A stretch of DNA of 64,000 nucleotides from Solibacillus sp. (GTDB lineage: Bacteria > Bacillota > Bacilli > Bacillales_A > Planococcaceae): positions 56,070 through 120,069 of the forward strand of contig NZ_JBELZM010000001.1 of the NCBI RefSeq assembly GCF_040273735.1, given 5' to 3'. Positions within the stretch are counted from its first letter, which is position 1. Every line of letters starts with the position of its first letter. The notes below the pieces were generated by a model. It was given only the letters and a program-made list of their open reading frames with translations. It was not told where the DNA came from and did not search any database. Both the position numbers and the translations under genes were made by a program. Shown here piece after piece: positions 18,555-28,979 of this stretch.

Positions 18555-19964
18555 TTGAAAATTGCCGTTAGTATTTTTTCATTTTTAACGATACTAATCG
18601 GAACTATACTTTTTATGCAGTTCCAAGTTTATTCGGATAAAGTGGACTCGATTGAAAAAGGCTATCGTTATTCTCAGGAAATTGAAATTGTATATCGTGG
18701 CGAAAGCTTGGATGTTCGCCAGCATTTCAAAAATTTGCCGAATGAAGAACTAACGATTGAATGGCCGAAAGCTTCCATTAATCCTGATTGTTTTATAGAA
18801 AATGAACATAGCTGTGCACGTTTAAATGAAGACTCCACGAAGTTTAAAGCCGGAGAAACACGGGCACAATCGATTTCCTATGTCATTCCATTAAAGAACG
18901 GCTTACAGTCCCGTAAGCTTATGAAAAATGTCTTTGCTACTTTAAAAAACGGTGATGTTCAGTTCTCTACGGTGCATATTTCCACTGAAAAAGAAGTAAA
19001 AGGGCAGTGGGTAACAGGTTTGCCGTTAATCGGTAAGCAAAATTTGTCACTCGTCAACTATTCAATGTTTAGTGGGCAAGGTTCAGTGAAAGATCTGTTT
19101 TGGCAAGATGGGGACTTTGCGCTGCAAAATGAAGTAGGCGTTGTTTCCATTTATTCAAGAACCCCATTAAAAGCTGCATTTTATGAAAAGCTAGAAAAAG
19201 TCAACTTTTTAAGCAATGAACATCTTGCAATCATTAATGGCACAAATATAGATGGGGTTGATGGGTTCCGTATGCTTTTTGTGCCTAATGTAACAGTGGC
19301 GAAGGTCCAGCAAAAGGTCCTGATTACTCAACTGGAAGAATCCTATGATTTTGGTGACAGTCCGTATTGGCTGAAAGAATTAATGGCATCATTTTTGACG
19401 GATACTGTATTTGGTGGTGAGAAAACAAAAGAAGTCGCTGCTACAATTACTGCCCAATTAACGGATGTGCAACTGACGGATTGGCAAGAACGTTTACAGG
19501 AATTAGAAGGCGAAAAGATCAGTGGAGAACTGCTCGACAAGGAGCTGTCTGAAGTATTGGGAGCTTCTACGAAATATATTTCAATGAACGCACAATCTGA
19601 AAAATCCTATCCGTTTTTATATAATGACCCGCGGAATTTATACGTCAATTCGGAAAAGCAGCCTGCCGTTCAAGTTGTTTTAAAAGATGGCGAAGTATTG
19701 TACGGTGCAGATTTGCTGCTGGAATCAATCGGTTATGATGTAAGTATTGGAAAACATGGGTATTATGTAGTAAGTGAAACGCGTGAATTCAGATTCCCGA
19801 CTGAACCTGGTTTTTATGTATTTAATCAGCGACGCTATGACACGGTATCTTTACCGGTTAAACAAGTTGCGGGCCAATATTTCATTGAGGAATCGTGGTT
19901 ACAGCGTTTGTTTATAGTTGAAATTGAAAAGACGGAAGACCGAATTAATATTTCGGCGCCTTAA
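18555..19964 (+). CDS. Hypothetical membrane-anchored extracytoplasmic protein (about 469 aa)
   Basis: AGGAGG lies 8 nt before the TTG at 18555. There is a single N-terminal TM segment and a large exported domain. The last 90 aa or so weakly resemble a copper-amine-oxidase-N-like stalk domain. Confidence 0.65.
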   Translation: MKIAVSIFSFLTILIGTILFMQFQVYSDKVDSIEKGYRYSQEIEIVYRGESLDVRQHFKNLPNEELTIEWPKASINPDCFIENEHSCARLNEDSTKFKAGETRAQSISYVIPLKNGLQSRKLMKNVFATLKNGDVQFSTVHISTEKEVKGQWVTGLPLIGKQNLSLVNYSMFSGQGSVKDLFWQDGDFALQNEVGVVSIYSRTPLKAAFYEKLEKVNFLSNEHLAIINGTNIDGVDGFRMLFVPNVTVAKVQQKVLITQLEESYDFGDSPYWLKELMASFLTDTVFGGEKTKEVAATITAQLTDVQLTDWQERLQELEGEKISGELLDKELSEVLGASTKYISMNAQSEKSYPFLYNDPRNLYVNSEKQPAVQVVLKDGEVLYGADLLLESIGYDVSIGKHGYYVVSETREFRFPTEPGFYVFNQRRYDTVSLPVKQVAGQYFIEESWLQRLFIVEIEKTEDRINISAP

Positions 19965-20006
19965 AAAATTACGGACACGATTTAGTAGGAAAGTTTGGTG
20001 AAAATC

Positions 20007-21060
<1,054 letters not shown>

Positions 21061-21061
<1 letters not shown>

Positions 21062-21109
21062 AAAAGAGCTTCTGTGAAGGATAACGTCCATACACAGAAG
21101 CTCTTTTTT
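21061..21109 (+). terminator. Rho-independent terminator after coaD
   Basis: agagcttctgtg/cacagaagctct stem followed by T6. Confidence 0.75.
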
Positions 21110-21183
21110 GTATGCAATGGAGCTGTGCCCGCGGAAAATCTCCCGCCCGCAACTGTAATATACGCATATTATTAAAAAATCTT

Positions 21184-22116
21184 TTACAAAAACAGCAGGA
21201 AAAATAGAAGTGGGATCACAATGCTGTAAACAACACGCGTGAAAATATACGGACGAATCGCAATATTGGCAGATCGGGCAATTACGATTACTTGCAGGTG
21301 AATACTTAAACTCTGTGTTGTCAAAAATACGACAGTGAGAAATATAAGCATGTCGCCATAGAGTTGCTGGTGCAGCAAATGTAACCCGTTCGTCACCTCA
21401 AGAAAGCTGGCAATTCCAATTTCTAAATAGGTAGGAATTGATTTGAAAACCACTTCGACACTATGTAGAAACACTTGGTAAATCGTCGTAAAAAAAATGA
21501 TTGTTGTTGCAACAATTAATATTGTAGGCGCACTTTCCTTGATACTTGATGTAAATGGTGTCGGGTCTTTAGGTGCTTTATGCACTTCTTTTGAAAGCGG
21601 AGTAGTAAATTTATATACGGCGATTAATAAAATGAATGAAAAGCTATGTAATAAAATTAAATATTGCCAGCTGAATGTTGTAGAATTTAATAAATCGCTT
21701 CCGACAAAACCGAATAAAAATAGCGGGCTTGGACAATGGCAAATGCCGAGCAAATAGGCGGCTTGCTGCTTTGTGATCGAATTACGTTTAACGAGTTGCG
21801 TAATTGTAGCAGCACCTGTAGGATACCCTCCGATGGCACTAATTCCGTAAGTTTGCAAAAAAACGATAAAGGGCGCATTGTTGTAAGAATGCGTCAATTT
21901 TAAAAGCCATGTCGTCAATACTAAATACGGCAATAAATATGGAAACAAAGCTTCCATAAATAGCGATACACCAATGTCTGCGCCTACATGTGTCATTTCC
22001 GGGAAAAATAATAATAAACTAATTAATGTAATACATAAAAGGATTGTCCAAATATTTTTCATCCTTTTCAATATTTTGTCATTCACTCGTTCAAATGCTA
22101 CACTAATTGTATGCAA
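21184..22116 (-). CDS. ylbJ: Sporulation integral membrane protein YlbJ-like (short form; start uncertain)
   Basis: Polytopic membrane protein in the ylbJ position with nucleoside-recognition/Gate-like segments. At 310 aa it is shorter than the roughly 400 aa I remember for B. subtilis. No convincing Shine-Dalgarno sequence precedes any candidate start. Confidence 0.6.
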   Translation of the reverse strand: MHTISVAFERVNDKILKRMKNIWTILLCITLISLLLFFPEMTHVGADIGVSLFMEALFPYLLPYLVLTTWLLKLTHSYNNAPFIVFLQTYGISAIGGYPTGAATITQLVKRNSITKQQAAYLLGICHCPSPLFLFGFVGSDLLNSTTFSWQYLILLHSFSFILLIAVYKFTTPLSKEVHKAPKDPTPFTSSIKESAPTILIVATTIIFFTTIYQVFLHSVEVVFKSIPTYLEIGIASFLEVTNGLHLLHQQLYGDMLIFLTVVFLTTQSLSIHLQVIVIARSANIAIRPYIFTRVVYSIVIPLLFFLLFL

Positions 22117-22274
22117 TTGAAGTTTAAATTAGTATTTCAACTAATCGGCATGTAATTTTTAAGGAACGAATTTTGACATCAAACCGTCTTATAATTTGTT
22201 GGTACCTGACAAAAATTAGTCCTGCTACAATTATGCCAATGCGAAATCGATCAATTATAGAGGAGTCTAAATAA

Positions 22275-23324
22275 ATGGGGAATAAAGGGAAAATAGCATT
22301 TGGCCTGTTTCTAATTATATTAATGGGTTTGTCTTTTTATAGGTTGGATTATTATATTACTAAACCGGGTGGTACATATAATGTAAGCGATTTTTTGGCG
22401 ATACAAAATGGGGACCAGGACGATGAAGGTTCATTTTATATGACAACCGTTGCAATGGGGCAGGCAACTCCGTTAACTTATGCGATGGCAGCCTTCGCGA
22501 ATTATTATGATATTGTAAAATTAACAGATGTGCGACAAGAGGAAGAAGATGACGAAGAGTATAATGTTCGTCAATTGAAATATATGACGGACTCCCAGTT
22601 TAATGCAACGTATGTAGCGTTCAATCGAGCCGGCCTTGATTATCAAGTGACGTACAAAGGTCTTTATGTATTGAATGTACTTGAAGATGGTGCGGCAGAC
22701 GGACATTTAAAGCCGGGAGATGAAATTGTGGAAGTGGATAATGAGCGTATTGATAGTTTGGAGACGTTTCTTACTCTCATTACACCGAAAGTAAAGGGAG
22801 ATAAGATTAATCTAGTTGTAAAACGTGATGGAAAACTTATTGACGAAACGTTGGAGATTAAAGAAATACCAGGTTCTGAAGGGCGTATTGGTATCGGTAT
22901 TACCTATTCAGAAAGCAAATCAATCAAAACCGATCCGAAAGTGACCGTCAAAACAGAAGATATTGGCGGACCATCAGCCGGATTAATGTTTACACTAGAG
23001 CTGTTAAATCAGCTGATCGATGAAGATTTAACAAAAGGCTATGAAATTGCAGGTACCGGTGAAATGCTGGAGGATGGAACGGTAGGTCGAATTGGCGGTA
23101 TTGAGAAGAAAATTGTTTCTGCGGATAAAGAAGGTGTTGATATTTTCTTTGCACCTGATGATGAAATAACAAAAGAAATGCTTGAGTATAACCCAAGCAT
23201 TACTTCAAATTATGAGGTGGCAGCTCAAACAGCAAAAGCCATTAATTCCGACATGAAAGTCATTCCTGTTAAAACAATTGATGATGCCCTGAATTATTTA
23301 AACCAACTACAACCGAAAAATTAA
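22275..23324 (+). CDS. ylbL: PDZ-domain, Lon-like (S16) membrane protease YlbL/SepM family
   Basis: N-terminal TM segment, a PDZ segment (GDEIVEVDN) and a Lon_C-like segment (GPSAGLMFTLEL...GTG). Confidence 0.85.
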   Translation: MGNKGKIAFGLFLIILMGLSFYRLDYYITKPGGTYNVSDFLAIQNGDQDDEGSFYMTTVAMGQATPLTYAMAAFANYYDIVKLTDVRQEEEDDEEYNVRQLKYMTDSQFNATYVAFNRAGLDYQVTYKGLYVLNVLEDGAADGHLKPGDEIVEVDNERIDSLETFLTLITPKVKGDKINLVVKRDGKLIDETLEIKEIPGSEGRIGIGITYSESKSIKTDPKVTVKTEDIGGPSAGLMFTLELLNQLIDEDLTKGYEIAGTGEMLEDGTVGRIGGIEKKIVSADKEGVDIFFAPDDEITKEMLEYNPSITSNYEVAAQTAKAINSDMKVIPVKTIDDALNYLNQLQPKN

Positions 23325-24529
23325 TAGCGAATAGGCGGAGTCTTATAATCTTCGTCTATTTTTTTATTTGAAAATTGCTGTATGCCTAATTGGTACATTT
23401 GGGTAGCGTGCAGGTCGATGGCCAATATAGGATCAATGACAGCTGCAACTCGGCTGATGAGCGGCAGCGAAAGGGACTTTTTAATACTTGAAATATATTG
23501 CTGTCCAGAAGGTGTCATGCCCAATATTCGAATATATGTAGGGCTTGAATAAGCATGTAACTGCTCTTTCGTGACCCCGGTATAAATATGTGTCAGCATT
23601 CGCTGGAGTCTTGTCCATGTATAACGCTTCGATTTTAACGCATTCATGAACTCCTCAAAGTTTGAACTCGTTCTTGCATATTTAATAAGTGAGTTTTCAA
23701 GTCCTTCAGATACGTCTGCATACTGTTTTAACTGCTGTGGCGTATGTCTTAAAATGGCATACTGCAAAAGTGGCCAAAAGCTTTCCCAGCTTGCAAAACG
23801 CCCATGTTCTGCCTGCCAGTGTCCAAGTTGATCAATACTTGGCCCGGGTAAATATTGTGTAACCTGCTCGAGAGACTTACCGCTGAACAATGCCTGACGA
23901 ATCCCGGTAGCGCTTGCGATTTCGCTGTCTGTATCGATCGCATCATGATATCCTGCAGCGATTCGCTGAATGGTAGCAGGTCTCATAACTGTCTGTAGCT
24001 GCTCAATTGCTTCGACGTAATGGAAGCCTAGTATATTATTTGGTTGCCCTAAATCAATGTATGCATTCGGGGAAAGTTGTTTAAGCTGTTCATATGCCGT
24101 AAAAAGAGCTTGCGGGTAGCTTTTGCCTTGCTGAATTGTTTCTTTAATAATGGAGTTATAGAGTGTTCGGTTGCTTTCAATTAAGTGATAAGTGTTGAGA
24201 AACGGCGTGATGCTTCCTTGTTCGCTCCCAAATGCTAATGTCGTACATTGCATTGCTTCCAATAGTTGTACAGCACCAGAAGCAAAACCAGTTGCCTGAG
24301 CGGTGCTGAAAATATAAGGAAGTTCAATTACGACGTCAACTCCGCTTGCGAGTGCCATCTTCGTCCGGTACCATTTGTCGACGAGTGCGGGCTCTCCTCG
24401 CTGTAAAAATTGACCGCTCATAACAGCAACCGCAACATCACTGTTCGTTGTGCGCTTTGCTTCGTTTACGTGATGCAGATGGCCATTGTGAAATGGATTA
24501 TATTCAACAACTATACCGACGGCTTGCAT
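23321..24529 (-). CDS. tmcAL: tRNA(Met) cytidine acetate ligase TmcAL (YlbM)
   Basis: IVVEYNPFHNGHLHHV nucleotidyltransferase motif. The start was moved to the ATG at 24529, which follows AAGGGGGA. Confidence 0.85.
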   Translation of the reverse strand: MQAVGIVVEYNPFHNGHLHHVNEAKRTTNSDVAVAVMSGQFLQRGEPALVDKWYRTKMALASGVDVVIELPYIFSTAQATGFASGAVQLLEAMQCTTLAFGSEQGSITPFLNTYHLIESNRTLYNSIIKETIQQGKSYPQALFTAYEQLKQLSPNAYIDLGQPNNILGFHYVEAIEQLQTVMRPATIQRIAAGYHDAIDTDSEIASATGIRQALFSGKSLEQVTQYLPGPSIDQLGHWQAEHGRFASWESFWPLLQYAILRHTPQQLKQYADVSEGLENSLIKYARTSSNFEEFMNALKSKRYTWTRLQRMLTHIYTGVTKEQLHAYSSPTYIRILGMTPSGQQYISSIKKSLSLPLISRVAAVIDPILAIDLHATQMYQLGIQQFSNKKIDEDYKTPPIRY

Positions 24530-24713
24530 AAACTTCCCCCTTACGCTAAAATAGTTTTTTGTTCGCATCAATACGTTCGAAATGAATGTATCTTAGCAAT
24601 ATGTTAGAATTAATTTGATTATAAGCACGTTTTGTAATAGTGACAAGAAATTATCTTGACATCTTTTTTTATGGGCTATATAATAAACAGTGTTGTCTCG
24701 AGGTGATTAACGA

Positions 24714-25247
24714 ATGAAATGGTCAATTCATCAATTATCAAAGTTTCGAAAAGACGGAATGCCGATTGATACAGTTGTTCAGTTGGATGAAGTAAAAAAT
24801 CGTAACACCGATATACGTAACGTTTCACCCGTTCATGTAAAAGGGCTTTGTACTTTTGGTGCATCGCAAATGACTTGTCAATTAACGATTAGCACTACAT
24901 TAACGCTTCCATGTGCACGCACATGGGAAGATGTTGAATATCCTGTGAACATCGAAACAGTAGAAGTTTTCAGCTGGGTCGATGAAGAAAATCGCGGGGA
25001 TGTTGAGGGCGATATCCATTATGTTGATGGAGACGTTGTTGATATGAAACCAGTCCTGGAGGAATTAATTCTTCTTGAAGTGCCGATGCAAGTATTCAAA
25101 GAGGATACCGAAGGACAAGTGCAAGGCGGTAAAGGCTGGAACTATTCAACGGATGAAGATGTAGAAAAAGCTAAGGAAGTTGACGAACCAAAATTGGATC
25201 CAAGACTGGCTGCTTTAGCTAAGTATTTTGATCAAACAGATGAATAA
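24714..25247 (+). CDS. ylbN: YceD/DUF177 family protein YlbN
   Basis: Lies immediately upstream of rpmF, a conserved pairing. Acidic C-terminus. Confidence 0.85.
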   Translation: MKWSIHQLSKFRKDGMPIDTVVQLDEVKNRNTDIRNVSPVHVKGLCTFGASQMTCQLTISTTLTLPCARTWEDVEYPVNIETVEVFSWVDEENRGDVEGDIHYVDGDVVDMKPVLEELILLEVPMQVFKEDTEGQVQGGKGWNYSTDEDVEKAKEVDEPKLDPRLAALAKYFDQTDE

Positions 25248-25270
25248 ATATCTGTAAGGAGGTGCCATCA

Positions 25271-25444
25271 ATGGCTGTACCATTTAGAAGAACTTCTAAA
25301 ACTGCAAAAAGAAAGCGTCGTACGCATTTCAAACTATCTGTACCTGGTATGGTAGCTTGCCCAAACTGTGGAGAAGCTAAACTATCTCACCGTGTTTGCA
25401 AAGCTTGCGGACAATACAAAGGTAAAGAAGTAGTAGCGAAATAA
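25271..25444 (+). CDS. rpmF: 50S ribosomal protein L32
   Basis: [19 protein letters not shown]... with a CPNCG...CKAC zinc ribbon. AAGGAGG lies upstream of the ATG at 25271. Confidence 0.95.
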   Translation: MAVPFRRTSKTAKRKRRTHFKLSVPGMVACPNCGEAKLSHRVCKACGQYKGKEVVAK

Positions 25445-25464
25445 TTCAGTATTTACGCTATATA

Positions 25465-25506
25465 AAGACTAGTTAAGAGACCATGGCTCTTAACTAGTCT
25501 TTTTTC
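25465..25506 (+). terminator. Rho-independent terminator after rpmF
   Basis: 15-bp perfect stem aagactagttaagag/ctcttaactagtctt followed by T6. Confidence 0.8.
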
Positions 25507-25524
25507 TGTTTTTGCATAGAACCA

Positions 25525-25553
25525 TTGTCAAAACATTAGCGCTCAACTATTAT
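25525..25553 (+). promoter_or_regulatory. Candidate sigma-A promoter (TTGTCA-17-TATTAT)
   Basis: Hexamers and spacing read directly from the sequence, about 45 nt upstream of the enoyl-CoA hydratase gene. Confidence 0.4.
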
Positions 25554-25599
25554 TAGAATAGTTTGATATATCGAAATAATTACTAAAGGGGATGGGCAA

Positions 25600-26364
25600 G
25601 TGGATTACTTAATTCAGAATGAAGATGGGATTCTAACATTTACGATTAATCGAGAAGATAAAAGAAATGCTATAAACTACGCGGTGATGGATGGTTTAAA
25701 GGAAGTTATTACATACATAAAAGAACATAATGGTGTGCGCTTCTTAGTTATAACAGGTGCCGGGGAAAAGTCATTTTGCTCGGGCGGGGACTTGTCGGAG
25801 TTTCATAGCTTGGAAACAGAAGAAGAAGCGTTTGGCATGCTGGGTAAAATGGGGAATATTTTATATGATTTAGCAACATTGCCTGTACCGACAATTGCTT
25901 TAATAAACGGAACTGCTGTTGGAGGAGGTTGTGAAATTGCGACAGCTTGCGATTTCCGCCTGATTTCCTCACATGCAAAAGCCGGCTTCATCCAAGGGAC
26001 GCTTGCGATTACGTCTGGATGGGGTGGAGGAACATATTTGTTTGAGCGTGGACTGCGCCATGACCGTGCATTAAAAATGCTGGTAGACGCAAAACCATAT
26101 GACGCGCAAACGTTATATGAGATTGGTTGGGCGATGCGTGTGTATATTGAAGGGACGAAAGAGCAGGCTCTTGCAGAATTTATTGAGCATATGGCTAAGA
26201 TTCGTCCATCTGTCCATCAGGCATATAAAGAAATAGAATTAAGAAAATGGCGTGAGCGCAACATGTACGAGCGAGTGATGGAAGAAATCAGACTATGTGC
26301 AAAGCTGTGGGAATCCGAAGCCCACCACAAAGCTGTGCAGAACTTCCTCGAGAAGAAAAAATAA
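25600..26364 (+). CDS. Enoyl-CoA hydratase/isomerase (crotonase) family protein
   Basis: Crotonase fold signatures (FCSGGDL, INGTAVGGGCEIA). GTG start preceded by AAAGGGGA. Confidence 0.85.
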   Translation: MDYLIQNEDGILTFTINREDKRNAINYAVMDGLKEVITYIKEHNGVRFLVITGAGEKSFCSGGDLSEFHSLETEEEAFGMLGKMGNILYDLATLPVPTIALINGTAVGGGCEIATACDFRLISSHAKAGFIQGTLAITSGWGGGTYLFERGLRHDRALKMLVDAKPYDAQTLYEIGWAMRVYIEGTKEQALAEFIEHMAKIRPSVHQAYKEIELRKWRERNMYERVMEEIRLCAKLWESEAHHKAVQNFLEKKK

Positions 26365-26405
26365 TCCGTTAGCAGATTGCTTGAGTAATAATCTATATGA
26401 AGAAC

Positions 26406-26514
26406 GTTGATTGGAATTGACGAGAAATGGAACGGGTGCTGAAATCGTCAAGTCCTGTGATAACGCATTCGTGACCAATATTGTGCTGGACTATAATTCG
26501 CACTGAAAATCAAC
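26406..26514 (+). repeat. Copy B of the dispersed structured element (gttgatt...aatcaac closing stem)
   Basis: Aligns along its whole length with copy C. The outer stem is 26432-39 paired with 26465-72 and contains two G-T (G-U) pairs. The hairpin is tcaa-GTCCT-gtga. Confidence 0.6.
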
Positions 26515-26620
26515 TTCCCCTAGTTACGATGAAAACTATTTTTATCGTAACTTTTTTTGTTTTTAAGTCTATTTTGTTCATCATGGCATATAGTAGTAAA
26601 AAATATGAGGTGGTGCAACT

Positions 26621-27007
26621 GTGGAGCAAAAAAGAAGGAAAGATCAATGGACAATTGCAGATGATGAAAAGTTAGCTGAAATTGTGATTCAAACAGTTCA
26701 AAACGGACGTACACAATTAGAAGCTTTTGAGCAGGCAGCACAGGAATTAAACCGGACGAAGCAAGCTTGCGGCTTTCGCTGGAATAAAACATTGCGAGCG
26801 CAGTATGGACAGGTTTTGAACAGCGTCAGAAAGCGCCCGAAGCAATTAATGCGCAGTCACTTAAAATTGGCGTTATCTAGTTTTGAAGAATTGACAGAAG
26901 CGTATAACGATCTAGAAATGAAATATTCGGAATTGCAGTCAGAATACGACAAAATTACGAAGTGGTTACAACAAGGTGTAACTTTAACGAAAGGGAAACC
27001 GAGTTAA
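26621..27007 (+). CDS. RsfA-family (Myb-like) sporulation transcription regulator, YlbO/GerR-like
   Basis: W...D..L.E.V......G.TQL.AFE.....LNRT..ACGFRWN signature, in the ylbO position after rpmF. GTG start preceded by GAGGTGG. Confidence 0.75.
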   Translation: MEQKRRKDQWTIADDEKLAEIVIQTVQNGRTQLEAFEQAAQELNRTKQACGFRWNKTLRAQYGQVLNSVRKRPKQLMRSHLKLALSSFEELTEAYNDLEMKYSELQSEYDKITKWLQQGVTLTKGKPS

Positions 27008-27141
27008 AGAAAACCCAACTATAAATAGAAATAAAATAATTTTTCGAGAAAATAATTGTAATTAATTTTAAGGCTACTTACAATAGAAGTAGAAACATAG
27101 CGCGAGTAGCGCAAATATCTTCTAACAAGGGGGCCTTTTGC

Positions 27142-27354
27142 ATGGCAGAAGTAAAAGCACAGATGGCAGGGACAGTATTCGAGGTAAGTGTTAAAGAAGG
27201 AGACAGTGTGACAAAAGGGCAAACACTCATCATTTTGGAATCGATGAAAATGGAAATCCCGCATGAGGCAGAAGCGGATGGAACAGTAGCAAAAATTACT
27301 GTTGCTGAAGGAGATTTTGTTGAAGAGAATGATATCTTAGTAGAATTAGCTTAA
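27142..27354 (+). CDS. Stand-alone biotinyl/lipoyl carrier domain protein (70 aa)
   Basis: ESMKME biotinylation motif. Same size class as B. subtilis YngHB. Confidence 0.85.
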   Translation: MAEVKAQMAGTVFEVSVKEGDSVTKGQTLIILESMKMEIPHEAEADGTVAKITVAEGDFVEENDILVELA

Positions 27355-27371
27355 GTGATGGAGGGAAGATA

Positions 27372-28910
27372 ATGACACAGCCTACTTATAACGAACACTT
27401 ACAGCATAAAACAGAAAAAATATACGCAGGCGGGCAACCTAAATATCACGAAAAGTTAAAAGAAACGAATAAACTTTTTGTCCGGGATCGCTTGAAGCAA
27501 TTATTTGATGATGGAATTTATGAGGAAGATGCCCGATTTGCAAATTGTGAGGCCGGAGATTTGCCTGCGGATGGAGTTGTAACAGCTATTGGGCAAATTG
27601 ATGGGCAAACCGTTTGCGTTATGGCAAATGACTCTACTATCAAAGCTGGGTCATGGGGTTCACGAACAGTTGAAAAAATAATCCGTATTCAAGAAACTGC
27701 GGAAAAGATGCAAGTACCAATGCTTTACTTAGTCGATTCTGCAGGGGCCCGTATAACAGATCAGCTTGAAATGTTCCCTGGGCGACGCGGGGCAGGCCGT
27801 ATTTTCCATAATCAAGTACGTATGAGCGGAATGATTCCTCAAATATGTATTTTATTCGGCCCATCTGCTGCAGGAGGAGCCTATATTCCGGCCTTTTGTG
27901 ACATCGTTATAATGGTGGACGGAAATGCTTCAATGTACTTAGGATCACCGAGAATGGCTGAAAAAGTAATCGGCGAAAAAGTTTCGCTCGAAGAAATGGG
28001 CGGAGCGCGTATGCACTGTACCGTTAGCGGCTGTGGAGATGTGTTGGCTGCGAACGAAGAAGAGGCAATCCGTGAAGCGAGGCGTTATATCAGTTATTTT
28101 CCTGCAAACTTTGCAGAATTCCCTCCGATTGATGAAACGAAGGTACCTAAAAGCGGGAGAACACTGGAAGAGATTATTCCTGAAAATCAAAATGCGCCAT
28201 TTGATATGTATGAATGTATCGAACAGCTGATTGATGAAGACAGCTTCTTTGAAATTAAAAAGCTTTTTGCTTCTGAACTGATAACTGGGCTAGCGCGCAT
28301 CGATGGGCAAGTTGTAGGGATTATCGCCAATCAGCCGAAGGTAAAAGGCGGCGTATTGTTTATCGATTCTGCCGATAAAGCGGCGAAGTTCATAACGCTT
28401 TGTGATGCATTCTCCATTCCGCTGCTATTTTTAGCAGATGTACCGGGCTTTATGATCGGTACAAAAGTAGAAAAGGCGGGAATTATTCGACATGGAGCAA
28501 AATTTATATCGGCGATGAGTTCAGCGACAGTACCAAAAATCTCGGTTATCGTTCGTAAAGCGTATGGAGCTGGCCTTTATGCGATGTGCGGACCGGCATT
28601 TGAACCGGATGCAGTAATTGCTTTACCAACTGCCCAAATAGCGGTAATGGGTCCTGAAGCGGCTGTAAATGCTGTTTATTCAAATAAAATCGAGGCGATT
28701 GAAGATCCGAAAGAGCGAATCCAGTTTGTGAAACAAAAAATTGAAGAATACAAGGAAGAAATCGATTTATACAAATTAGCTTCCGAGATGGTAATTGATG
28801 ATATTGTCGCACCAAATCAACTGCGACATACATTAATTCAACGCTTTAATTACTATAATTCGAAACAAATTGTTTTACCATATCGAAAACATCCGGTATA
28901 TCCAGTATAA
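27372..28910 (+). CDS. Acyl-CoA carboxylase carboxyltransferase (beta) subunit
   Basis: 512 aa with the two-domain CoA carboxyltransferase architecture typical of propionyl- or methylcrotonyl-CoA carboxylase beta chains. Confidence 0.9.
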   Translation: MTQPTYNEHLQHKTEKIYAGGQPKYHEKLKETNKLFVRDRLKQLFDDGIYEEDARFANCEAGDLPADGVVTAIGQIDGQTVCVMANDSTIKAGSWGSRTVEKIIRIQETAEKMQVPMLYLVDSAGARITDQLEMFPGRRGAGRIFHNQVRMSGMIPQICILFGPSAAGGAYIPAFCDIVIMVDGNASMYLGSPRMAEKVIGEKVSLEEMGGARMHCTVSGCGDVLAANEEEAIREARRYISYFPANFAEFPPIDETKVPKSGRTLEEIIPENQNAPFDMYECIEQLIDEDSFFEIKKLFASELITGLARIDGQVVGIIANQPKVKGGVLFIDSADKAAKFITLCDAFSIPLLFLADVPGFMIGTKVEKAGIIRHGAKFISAMSSATVPKISVIVRKAYGAGLYAMCGPAFEPDAVIALPTAQIAVMGPEAAVNAVYSNKIEAIEDPKERIQFVKQKIEEYKEEIDLYKLASEMVIDDIVAPNQLRHTLIQRFNYYNSKQIVLPYRKHPVYPV

Positions 28911-28921
28911 TAAATTTAGCT

Positions 28922-28950
28922 AAAGGTCTGTCTTGAAGGCAGACCTTTTT
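28922..28950 (+). terminator. Rho-independent terminator
   Basis: aggtctgtc/ggcagacct stem followed by T5. Confidence 0.6.
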
Positions 28951-28979
28951 AATTCGAAATAAATTTGAGGTATAATATA

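Noticed and set aside
26481-26792. Short ORFs on both strands (64 aa plus strand, 90 aa minus strand) around the rsfA-like gene start
   Set aside because: They overlap structured-element copy B or the rsfA-like CDS, have no Shine-Dalgarno sequences, and have AT-rich low-complexity translations.
27019-27264. 81-aa ORF on the minus strand
   Set aside because: It is antisense to the biotin carrier gene and its promoter region. It is a shadow ORF.
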